Shown piece after piece: positions 37,518 to 45,829 of a DNA stretch of 64,000 nucleotides. The stretch lies in NCBI GenBank assembly GCA_051532035.1, contig JAOPTW010000027.1, forward strand, positions 64,001-128,000, in the 5' to 3' direction. Below the pieces are notes generated by a model. It was not told where the DNA came from. It made no database searches and worked only from the letters and a program-made list of their open reading frames with translations. Both the position numbers and the translations under genes were made by a program. The stretch is from Fibrobacterales bacterium. GTDB taxonomy: Bacteria > Fibrobacterota > Fibrobacteria > Fibrobacterales > JAOPTW01. The number at the start of each line of letters is the position of its first letter. Within the stretch, counting starts at the first letter, position 1.

Positions 37518-40500
37518 GTGTCTTTCGGAAAAGCTAAAAACCCTCTTGATCATTCAATATTTAACAAATTTGACGATGAAGCATTCAGTCGCCCAAAATC
37601 GGGCGGTGGCGGGCTTGGCCCTAATCCAAGTGCTGGAGGTGGCCCATCGAGCGCATCTCAATCAGGAAGTGGATCAGGTAATACTGATGAGGAAGAAGCG
37701 CCAGCGGCACAAGAGCCAGCCCAAGAAGAGGAAGAGGAGTCTCAAGGTCAACTGGTGAATTTGAGTAATTTGGCTTTTGTTGATCCTGATAGCGCCACAA
37801 TAGATGGTGATGTTGATGCTTCGGTAGAGGTTGAATATCTTACAGACCGCACACCGCAAGAGATAACCTTTACCCCAGAAGCAACCTTTGAAGGCTCCTC
37901 AGAAGCTGGGGTGCCAGTGACGAGCACTATCAGTGACGGAGTAGCACAAGCAACGGTCAAGCTTGCCTTGCATCATGGGTATTATGAGAAAAAAGAGAAG
38001 TCGGCTGAAGATAAAGTTGAATATAGTGTAAAAGCAACCTGCCCTGCCGATGATACTGAAGTTGTGGCAGCGAGTACTATTAAGCTACCGGGTAAGCCTC
38101 TCTCAATCGATTGTATCGAAGTTATTGATCAAGTATTTAACCTTAATAGTGCAATTCCGGTTGTTGACGACGAAGGCACACTGGTGAATATACTGAGCAC
38201 CTGTTTTAAGCATCTGGATGAGTGGCCCGATAAAGAACTTATGGTTCTTGGCCATACCGATACCAGTGGTGAACCACAACCTAATTTTGACCTTTCTGAA
38301 AAGCGAGCACAGAGTGTAAAAGCCCTACTCAGTAACGATGCTGAACTCTGGAAAGAGATGGAACAGGCGCAAAGTGGTGTTGCAGATTATCAACAGATAC
38401 TACAAGGCTTAGATATACTCAAAGGGTGGGGATGTGATCCGGGCACGGTAGATGGTGTAGATGGATCGGCGACTCAAAAAGGATTGAAAGGGTTTCAAAG
38501 TGCCTATAACGAAAATTGTGACGGTTCTCTAGCGGTTGATGGCAACATTGGTCCCAATAGCTGGGCTGCCCTGTTAGATGTCATCTATCAAACAGCGGTA
38601 GAGCAGTCTGAAATAAAGCCATCACGCATTAAGCCTCGTTTTCATGCTGAGTATGGTATTTACCCTTGTGGAGAATCATTCCCCGTTGACCAAACGGGAA
38701 TGGATGGCTTACAATCGGCTTCTAATAGACGTGTTGAGATACATATGAGTGACAGACCCAATCCACCAAAGCTCCCAGAACCAGCCCCAGAAATGGCCAT
38801 AAAAGATGTCGTGCTCTACAATAGTGCAGTCACCGCAATGAATATTATTGCCATTATTAGGACCACTGCGGGCTCAAATTGGATTGATATTACGCTTCAT
38901 GATGATCTAGATAATCCACTTGCAGGGTATACAGTGATCATTGAGCTTCCGGATGGGACTCAGCTCGAAGAAGTATTGGATGAGAACGGTACCGCATCAG
39001 TTGAAATTGGTGAACACAGAACGGCAACAGTTACCGTAAAAAGCGATGATAATTTTGAATATGATGTAGTGCACGAAGAAGATTCTGAAGCAGAGAGTGA
39101 GCCAACAGAAGAGAAAGGGGCAGAGTCTCTTATTAAAGTTGAGCGAACGGGGGATAAAGGTGAGAACTCTGTTTTAAGAAAAATTGTGACCCCACCATCG
39201 CTGGTGCTCTATAATCCTATTACAAAATCATATACCGTTATAGACCCTAAAGAAACAGAACTTTGGGAGAAATTTAGCGCCGAAGTGACAAAGGTCGAAG
39301 AGATTCACGGTAAGATGCGTGAGTTTAGAGAGATGATTGCCAAAAATGAGGGTGATGCCGATGCCTTGGCAAAAGAGTCTCTTGATTTTACTACGGACCT
39401 TGTGAAAGAGCTCTACCCGGAAGGGGGAGAAAAACTTGAAGAAATGATTGTGCTTATTGATCATCCGAGTTATGAGAACCTTATGAAGAACTCCACCTTT
39501 ATTTATGCGCGGGATACTGTACTGAAAAAGGCTGGGCTAGAGTGGGTCAAAGAAGAGAATGCCCTAGAAGATACTAAGGTGGGTAAGAAGCTCAAGAAGG
39601 CCCTGCAGTTTAAAGGTACGTCTAAAAAGAAAAAGCACTCTGGTGCTAAGTATGGCCTCAGTAAAAATATTGAGTCTATGTATGCTAAGGATTATGAGCC
39701 TGATTTTGAAGCACAGTGGCCTATTAAATGGAAGTGGGATACTGAGGTTGAGAGTTCGAGTGATGCTCATGAATTTAAGATGAGTAATGAGATGACAGTG
39801 TGTCGATTTTTTGCCAAGGTGCCTGCTGCACCTGAGATTGATTGGGAGAATATGAGTGTCAATTTAGAGTCTCAAGGGGAGGTGGGGTATACCTTGGCAT
39901 CAGATACTCTAAAGGGTGAACTCTATGTTCCCTCAAAAACTGGGTTTGATCTTTTTGCTCCTGTAAACTCAGTTGCAGAACACATCCCCGTATTCGCATT
40001 AAGTAACAAAGCGCAAACTTCACTTGAAAAGAACAAATCAACTGGTAAAATTTTAAATGGTGAACTGTGTGTCCGTATCGCAACAACCTTTAAGGGCTCA
40101 GTTGAAGCCGGAGTAAAAGCCTGTTTCTCTTCTAAGGGAAGCATTGGATTGAGTCAGGAAAATAAAGATTTAATCAACCGACAGAAAAAGGTACTTACCG
40201 ACTTGGTTAAACTTCCTCATATGTGGGATGAAGAGCCTGACTCAATGGACAAAGCGAAGAAAAAAGAGCCTAAAGGTGGTAAGACTCGTCATCTTGAGAT
40301 GGGAGAACCTGTAGAGGTGGAAATTGAAGCATTTGCAGGAATTAAAGCTGGCGGTGAAATAAATACCGGTATTGAATGGTCTAAAGGAAAGAGCGAAGCT
40401 TTTGCAAATATTGCTTCATGCTATGTCGTAGCTGACGGATATCTGGGAGTGGCTGCAGCACTGCGATTAAAAATATTTTTCCGAAAAGGCCGTGTTTGTT

Positions 40501-41243
40501 TTCACTTTAAGGCTGGCGCGGCATTTAAAATTGGTGGCTCAGTAGGTTATGGATATGATGTCGACCTCTGGCAGGGGTATGAAATATTAAAACATATCAC
40601 TGCCTGTATTGACTTTAGATACCTTGCGGAAATATGTCCTGTGTTGCACCAAATCTATGTTCGTATATCAACCAAAATGGCAGTGCTCGGAGAAGAGTAT
40701 CAAGAATTCAAAGATAAGCTGATTGCGGGCGGCGTTGATCTTGTTTCTGATTTAGGCAAGTTTTATGCCGATGTATATGATAAAGGCATGAAAGAGCTTG
40801 ATGCTTTTGCGGGTAAACTAGATGATTACCTCGATGATACTGTGAAGTGGATCAATACAAGTTTCAAAGAAATTTCTAGTGAATTTATTGAAGCAGTCTA
40901 TGATTATACTGATATGCTACCTGAATTTCCTCCTGAAGTAACAGGGAATTTATTGCGAGTTGTAGATACCTTTGTAAATGATGCGGATAAAGAGACTAAG
41001 GGTGAAGCATTCGTGACTTTGTTCGAAAGCGCAGCTGATGAAGGAGTCAGTTGGATTGTTAGACAATTTTCTGATGAAAAAGTACCTTTGAATAAGGATG
41101 CTTCTACACGGCAACAAGCCAAGATAAAAGCTATAGAAAATGGAGAGATAAAACTACAGAACATTGTCGACAAAGAAAGCCTGCGAATAATTGCAAAAGA
41201 AATTTTACCTGCTAAAGGATACAAATGGTTACGAGATATTTAA
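37518..41243 (+). CDS. OmpA-like/peptidoglycan-binding multidomain protein with a TTR-like domain and Gly-rich C-terminus (candidate polymorphic toxin)
   Basis: GHTDTSG..NFDLSEKRA and NRRVEI OmpA halves flank a PG_binding_1-like segment; WIDITLHDDLDNPLAG; ggag RBS before GTG 37518. Confidence 0.75.
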   Translation: MSFGKAKNPLDHSIFNKFDDEAFSRPKSGGGGLGPNPSAGGGPSSASQSGSGSGNTDEEEAPAAQEPAQEEEEESQGQLVNLSNLAFVDPDSATIDGDVDASVEVEYLTDRTPQEITFTPEATFEGSSEAGVPVTSTISDGVAQATVKLALHHGYYEKKEKSAEDKVEYSVKATCPADDTEVVAASTIKLPGKPLSIDCIEVIDQVFNLNSAIPVVDDEGTLVNILSTCFKHLDEWPDKELMVLGHTDTSGEPQPNFDLSEKRAQSVKALLSNDAELWKEMEQAQSGVADYQQILQGLDILKGWGCDPGTVDGVDGSATQKGLKGFQSAYNENCDGSLAVDGNIGPNSWAALLDVIYQTAVEQSEIKPSRIKPRFHAEYGIYPCGESFPVDQTGMDGLQSASNRRVEIHMSDRPNPPKLPEPAPEMAIKDVVLYNSAVTAMNIIAIIRTTAGSNWIDITLHDDLDNPLAGYTVIIELPDGTQLEEVLDENGTASVEIGEHRTATVTVKSDDNFEYDVVHEEDSEAESEPTEEKGAESLIKVERTGDKGENSVLRKIVTPPSLVLYNPITKSYTVIDPKETELWEKFSAEVTKVEEIHGKMREFREMIAKNEGDADALAKESLDFTTDLVKELYPEGGEKLEEMIVLIDHPSYENLMKNSTFIYARDTVLKKAGLEWVKEENALEDTKVGKKLKKALQFKGTSKKKKHSGAKYGLSKNIESMYAKDYEPDFEAQWPIKWKWDTEVESSSDAHEFKMSNEMTVCRFFAKVPAAPEIDWENMSVNLESQGEVGYTLASDTLKGELYVPSKTGFDLFAPVNSVAEHIPVFALSNKAQTSLEKNKSTGKILNGELCVRIATTFKGSVEAGVKACFSSKGSIGLSQENKDLINRQKKVLTDLVKLPHMWDEEPDSMDKAKKKEPKGGKTRHLEMGEPVEVEIEAFAGIKAGGEINTGIEWSKGKSEAFANIASCYVVADGYLGVAAALRLKIFFRKGRVCFHFKAGAAFKIGGSVGYGYDVDLWQGYEILKHITACIDFRYLAEICPVLHQIYVRISTKMAVLGEEYQEFKDKLIAGGVDLVSDLGKFYADVYDKGMKELDAFAGKLDDYLDDTVKWINTSFKEISSEFIEAVYDYTDMLPEFPPEVTGNLLRVVDTFVNDADKETKGEAFVTLFESAADEGVSWIVRQFSDEKVPLNKDASTRQQAKIKAIENGEIKLQNIVDKESLRIIAKEILPAKGYKWLRDI

Positions 41244-41986
41244 TAATACTTACCCTTTTATCAATAAGTGTTTACTCAAATGAAAATGAGGCAAAATGTC
41301 ATTTTGAACAAAATAACGAAATATGTTCATATTACAAATCTGGTAAGCTTCTTAAAAAAACGTCATTTAAAAAAAGTGAAAAGACTGGAATAGAAACTGA
41401 ATTCTATTCTAGTGGACAAATCGAAGCAATTACTCATTATCTAAAAGGACACTTTATCGACACCCTCACTATTTACTATGAAAATGGTAAAATTGAGAGT
41501 CAAAGTAATTTTGTTAAAGGTAAAAAAAATGGTATAGCTAATCGTTTTTACAAATCAGGGGTTCTGCAATCTTTTTCCAACTATAAAAATGGAAAGCGAA
41601 ATGGTTCATTTAAAAAATACTTTGAGAGTGGAGAGTTAAAAGAACAAGGTCAGTTTGTAAAGAAGAAGAGAAACGGAACATTCACCGAGTTTTGGTCAAA
41701 CAAACATGCCAAAAAGCTCACCGAATATAAAATGAGTCAACCTCTTGTTGAAAAACGTTATTTCAAATCTTCTGAACAAAATCAGAAGACAACATTCGTC
41801 AAGAAAAGAAAAATCGATACCTTTACCAGTTATACAAAATCAGGTACAGTCTATCATACCATCAAAAATTTAAAAGAGGGCTACATCAAATTTTTTGATC
41901 CTGAAACTGGAAAATGTGTTGCCCATAAGATTAAACGGTATCGCCGTATTGAAGAAGACTTGAAGTGTTCTGAGGTGATGAAGTGA
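41225..41986 (+). CDS. Secreted MORN-variant repeat (YwqK-like) protein, candidate immunity protein
   Basis: Signal peptide; YYKSG/YYENG/FYKSG repeats; overlaps the upstream stop by 19 nt. Confidence 0.8.
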   Translation: MVTRYLIILTLLSISVYSNENEAKCHFEQNNEICSYYKSGKLLKKTSFKKSEKTGIETEFYSSGQIEAITHYLKGHFIDTLTIYYENGKIESQSNFVKGKKNGIANRFYKSGVLQSFSNYKNGKRNGSFKKYFESGELKEQGQFVKKKRNGTFTEFWSNKHAKKLTEYKMSQPLVEKRYFKSSEQNQKTTFVKKRKIDTFTSYTKSGTVYHTIKNLKEGYIKFFDPETGKCVAHKIKRYRRIEEDLKCSEVMK

Positions 41987-41991
41987 ACGTC

Positions 41992-42019
41992 AGCCTGTTC
42001 AGAAAAGGCTGAATAGGCT
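41992..42019. repeat. Short hairpin with AGCCTGTT-type ends (terminator or MITE remnant)
   Basis: agcctgttca-gaaaaggc-tgaataggct. Confidence 0.45.
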
Positions 42020-42102
42020 CTATAATTGCGCAATAACTCTTCTAATGTTTGATCCACAGTTCTACACTTTTAAGTTTAAAAAAAGTGACTTTAACGGCAA
42101 AT

Positions 42103-42156
42103 ATGACCGTTATTCTTGCATCTAGTAAACCAAGACGTAGAGAACTTATGGATCAT
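42103..42156 (+). pseudogene. maf: 5' fragment of a Maf-family gene
   Basis: Translates as MTVILASSKPRRRELMDH, matching the Maf N-terminal ILASxSPRRxELL signature; similarity then ends. Confidence 0.65.
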
Positions 42157-42337
42157 GAGCAGAGAGATCGAAATAATTTAGGGCAGTATTACCTGTTGGG
42201 TATATTCTCCATTTTGATTTATTAGCAATCGCATGAGCCACCTTATCAAAATCAGGGAAAAAATCATTTTTTGAAAAGCACCAGCTCGACCCACGAGACT
42301 GTATTCTTTTAAGTAGCTTTACTTTAATGGATTGCAT
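42146..42337 (-). pseudogene. Internally deleted and truncated DUF6088/AbiEi-like type IV antitoxin gene
   Basis: MQSIKVKLLKRIQSRGSSWCFSKNDF joined directly to PDFDKVAHAIANKSKWRIYPTGNTALNYFDLS, then an early stop. Confidence 0.7.
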
Positions 42338-42355
42338 GTATACAATCGGCATATA

Positions 42356-42391
42356 TTTTGTCCCAAAATCGATATCTTTTTTGGGACAAAA
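42356..42391. promoter_or_regulatory. 13-bp perfect inverted repeat, probable autoregulatory operator of the DUF6088 relic
   Basis: ttttgtcccaaaa-N10-ttttgggacaaaa just upstream of ATG 42337. Confidence 0.6.
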
Positions 42392-42455
42392 AAAGATCAA
42401 CACATTGTATTATTCACTTTAGTCTAGCACTTGTTCAGCTCTATAGACAACCTCC

Positions 42456-42594
42456 TTACTCAATATTCAAATACACTGCCGCAGAATCATCTACATCAGT
42501 AGCAACAGCCGACTATATAGGGCTCGTTCCTACCACATGAGATACGGCTAGTACTTGCTCCGGCTTATTCGTAATAATAGGATTATCATTAACT
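42456..42594 (-). pseudogene. Degenerate, internally deleted copy of the 3' end of the 44002-45825 gene
   Basis: Matches 44002-44035 plus 44186-44293 with about 12 mismatches; Trp codon changed to TAG. Confidence 0.85.
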
Positions 42595-42704
42595 ACTCCT
42601 GAAAACACCCCTAAAAACCAAACAATCCCTAAAACATCAAAGATTGTAACTTTTAAGATAAATATTCCTAACTCCACACATAATAAACTAAAATCATGTA
42701 AACA

Positions 42705-42723
42705 TTATCACAAATTGTGATAA
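42705..42723. promoter_or_regulatory. Palindromic operator candidate upstream of the TA pair
   Basis: ttatcacaa-a-ttgtgataa perfect 9-bp inverted repeat. Confidence 0.5.
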
Positions 42724-42814
42724 CGCACTTGTAATATTCCTATATTTACGCTAAAATACCCAATGAAAGAACACCAATATTACGATATGGAATATATATT
42801 AAGAGGTACAGTTA

Positions 42815-43171
42815 TTGAAAAAGTGGGATGTTAAGTATGTAAGTTCATACCCTCATAAAAGAGATAAGGGTTTCTGGAAAAAACATACAAAAGAAGTGGG
42901 AAATGTAATGCTGAATTTTGCAAAGTATATTGAACTCCTTCGTACCGATGAAAAACCTGTTGACTTATTAAAGTACTTATCATTTGTAAGAAACGAAGGC
43001 AAGGGACTATACGCTATTGACCCCCGCCCACCAGCAAAAGCATATCCTTTGAGGTTTTATATTTACCCAAAGAACGGAATTGTATACGTAATAAATTTTG
43101 GTGATAAGGATACACAAAAAAAAGATGTGCCAGCAGCACACAAAGTAATTGAGGAGTTAAAACATGAGTAA
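42815..43171 (+). CDS. RelE/HigB-like toxin
   Basis: 118 aa, basic; EGKGLYAI...LRFYIY...VYVINFGDKDTQKKDV resembles the RelE/HigB GDKxTQxxDI tail; aagagg RBS. Confidence 0.65.
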   Translation: MKKWDVKYVSSYPHKRDKGFWKKHTKEVGNVMLNFAKYIELLRTDEKPVDLLKYLSFVRNEGKGLYAIDPRPPAKAYPLRFYIYPKNGIVYVINFGDKDTQKKDVPAAHKVIEELKHE

Positions 43172-43733
43172 AACAATAGAAAATATATCAGAACTAGCAG
43201 GACCACTTGGATTTACTGCTAAAGATCAAAATGATCTTCAAAATACTATTGATAATTACTCCATGAGTCGTTTAATTTCAATGGTACGTGTCAAAAACAA
43301 AATGACACAAAAAGCCTTTGGAACAAAAATCTGTAAATCACAAGCATATGTTTCAAAAGTTGAAAACCTCTCCAATGATGATTTGAACATTAAAGATCTT
43401 ACATGTTGTCTTCAACCATTTGGTATCCAAGTCGGGTTCTCCCTTTCTAAACCAAAAACAATCAAGCAACGTTTAATTGATAACCATAATGAACTTTTTA
43501 CATTGATTGAAGACCTGAAAAACCTAGAAAGGGAAGACGAACATATTTTACAAGGCTTAGCTGAACTTAAAACTGAAGCAGCCGGAAACTACATCAAAAT
43601 ATTAGAAACGATGGTTCAAAGTACCAGAAAAAATATGGATCAGATAGACTCTATGAAAGAGCTTAAAATCGATATAGACAAAGATTTAGTGGGATTCTCC
43701 GAAATAAGCTCTAAAGAAAAATCTCCCTGTTAA
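43164..43733 (+). CDS. XRE-family HTH protein, HigA-like antitoxin candidate
   Basis: VRVKNKMTQKAFGTKICKSQAYVSKVEN HTH; 8-nt overlap with the toxin stop. Confidence 0.75.
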   Translation: MSKTIENISELAGPLGFTAKDQNDLQNTIDNYSMSRLISMVRVKNKMTQKAFGTKICKSQAYVSKVENLSNDDLNIKDLTCCLQPFGIQVGFSLSKPKTIKQRLIDNHNELFTLIEDLKNLEREDEHILQGLAELKTEAAGNYIKILETMVQSTRKNMDQIDSMKELKIDIDKDLVGFSEISSKEKSPC

Positions 43734-43760
43734 TATACAATTTGCGCCATTAGAACACTT

Positions 43761-43891
43761 AGCCTGTCTTTTCTTTTATTCGGCCTTTCAACGGGCAGTC
43801 GAAAGATAGCCTCGCAGTCAAGCCCTTTTGCAACCAACTAGCGCGCCATACCGGGTTCTGTCTTGACTATTCAGAAGAACATAAACAGGCT
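43761..43891. mobile_element. Putative MITE/REP-like structured element
   Basis: Imperfect terminal IR agcctgtcttttctt / aagaacataaacaggct; internal agtcaag/cttgact IR; GC-richer than flanks. Confidence 0.4.
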
Positions 43892-44001
43892 CCGACGAAT
43901 TTCAGAGTATTAGATTTATAGGCAGCGCGAGGTATCAACTCGACAAAAATGCTCAAAAACAACGAAAACACTCAACGACTGTTAGATTATTTATAATATG
44001 T

Positions 44002-45825
44002 TTATTCAATATTCAAATACACTGTCGCAGTATCACGGCCACTCCGCACATCAGTCACCAAGACCTTTAAGCTATCTAAACCTTGATAGCCTCCTTGAGG
44101 GGTATAGGTCACTACACCATCCGCAGCGACCGATGCCAATCCTTCCTTGGGTTCTGCTAAAACACTCCAAGTCAATCCATCAGGGTCATCTACATCAGTA
44201 GCAACAGCCGACCATATAGGACTCGCTCCTGCCACATGAGATACAGCGATTACTTGTTCCGGCTTATTCGAAATAATAGGATTATCATTAACTTCATTAA
44301 TAACCACTGGAATTCGAAGAGTATCAAAATAGACATCATCCGTTAAAATAACACTTAATGTATCAACCCCATATTGATTATGCAGGCCACCATAGGTTAC
44401 ACTTTTAATTGTTCCCGATCCACTTATGCCAGAGACCTCACCTATCATAGCGCCAAAGTATGACCACTTGAGCTGATTTCCATCAATATCGCCTCCCGAA
44501 AGGACCAGCTCTTTAGATGCATCTTCATCTATTTCAAGTACAAAACCTGCTGGTAGTGCATTAAAAATTGGCGCATTGTCATTTTGATTTACAACTCGAA
44601 TCACGATGTCCTTATAGGTCGTATCTAGAGCGTCATAAACTCCAATCGAAAAAGGTACTGGTTTAACCCCTTCAAAGTCAAAAGGCATCAATGAGCGTAT
44701 CATCCCCACTGAATCAACAGAAAACAATTGAGAGTCTAAAATAAAGTTTACTGCATCGCCATCGATATCATCAACAGAGATTGTCGCTATTTCTCCTTGG
44801 ACATTTTCATTGATAACGAGCGTATCCACGGTGACTACAGGGGGTGTATTCACTCGTACCGTTACCATTGCAACGCCACTGAGATTACGACTGTCTACTG
44901 CTCTAAAAGAGATAGGAAGTATGCCAGACTCCCAAAATACTTTTTTGTACAATAGGTTATTCTCATTCGTAATTTCATAAATCGAGTCACCATCAAAATC
45001 CCATTCATACCGGACAATGGATTCATCATCAGTAACCACTGTTGACAAAAGGAGCGTATCGCCAACTCGAACTGTTGTATCTTTTTGATTGAATACAATA
45101 GTAGGCGCTTTGTTATGAATAAGATGTTGTACTAGAGAGTCCTGGCCAACAATTGCGGGGAAAATAGCTTTAAGAATTTCTTCATTAAGCTGTCCGCGAC
45201 TCGATAGAGTATCTCCAATGAGCCTAATGATATCTGTAGTATCCAACTCATTCAATTGGGAGTGTAAATGATGGTTTTTATATTGAGAATAGAGTCCTGA
45301 CCCATTTAATCCATCTGCATCAACAATAGAGCGGGTAAACAAAGAATCTAGCACTGCTTTTTTATCGGCAAGCTCCGTCAATGACCTTCCCTGAATAATT
45401 TTTGCATATTCAGTTAAACAATCAGCACTTAACGTATCCACCTCTCCACCAATAGCAACTACTTCTGCATCGAGAAGAAACCGACTACTGCGTTTCAGTA
45501 ATGGTAATCCTTGACTATAGGCGACATACATTACGTCAACATCACCAGATTTACCACTGCTTTCGACTGTAATTCTAATCGTTATGTTATCTTGGACAGA
45601 ATCTACAACTGTTGTTGTAAATTCATGGGCACGGTAGGTGCGCCGTGAATAATCAGCATCAACAACCAAATCAACTACAACTGAATCTATAACCAACGCG
45701 TTATTTTTAGTAATGGAAACAACAATTTCTCGTCGGCTCTCGCCATATTCAAGCACATTACAACTGCTGAGAAGCAGCAGAGCAAAGACCGACCATAGTA
45801 ACAATTTCGTATTCATATCTCTCAT
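44002..45825 (-). CDS. Lipoprotein with PKD, cadherin and Ig-like (tandem-95) domains
   Basis: LSSC lipobox; YEWDFDGD (PKD); INEN...DIDGD...FDFE...NQNDNAP (cadherin); VTYTP.GY.GLDS. Confidence 0.82.
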   Translation of the reverse strand: MRDMNTKLLLWSVFALLLLSSCNVLEYGESRREIVVSITKNNALVIDSVVVDLVVDADYSRRTYRAHEFTTTVVDSVQDNITIRITVESSGKSGDVDVMYVAYSQGLPLLKRSSRFLLDAEVVAIGGEVDTLSADCLTEYAKIIQGRSLTELADKKAVLDSLFTRSIVDADGLNGSGLYSQYKNHHLHSQLNELDTTDIIRLIGDTLSSRGQLNEEILKAIFPAIVGQDSLVQHLIHNKAPTIVFNQKDTTVRVGDTLLLSTVVTDDESIVRYEWDFDGDSIYEITNENNLLYKKVFWESGILPISFRAVDSRNLSGVAMVTVRVNTPPVVTVDTLVINENVQGEIATISVDDIDGDAVNFILDSQLFSVDSVGMIRSLMPFDFEGVKPVPFSIGVYDALDTTYKDIVIRVVNQNDNAPIFNALPAGFVLEIDEDASKELVLSGGDIDGNQLKWSYFGAMIGEVSGISGSGTIKSVTYGGLHNQYGVDTLSVILTDDVYFDTLRIPVVINEVNDNPIISNKPEQVIAVSHVAGASPIWSAVATDVDDPDGLTWSVLAEPKEGLASVAADGVVTYTPQGGYQGLDSLKVLVTDVRSGRDTATVYLNIE

Positions 45826-45829
45826 AGTA

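Noticed and set aside
42456..44293. Possible DGR template/variable repeat pair
   Set aside because: Mismatches involve all bases rather than template adenines, the copy has an internal deletion and a stop, and no reverse transcriptase is in the window.
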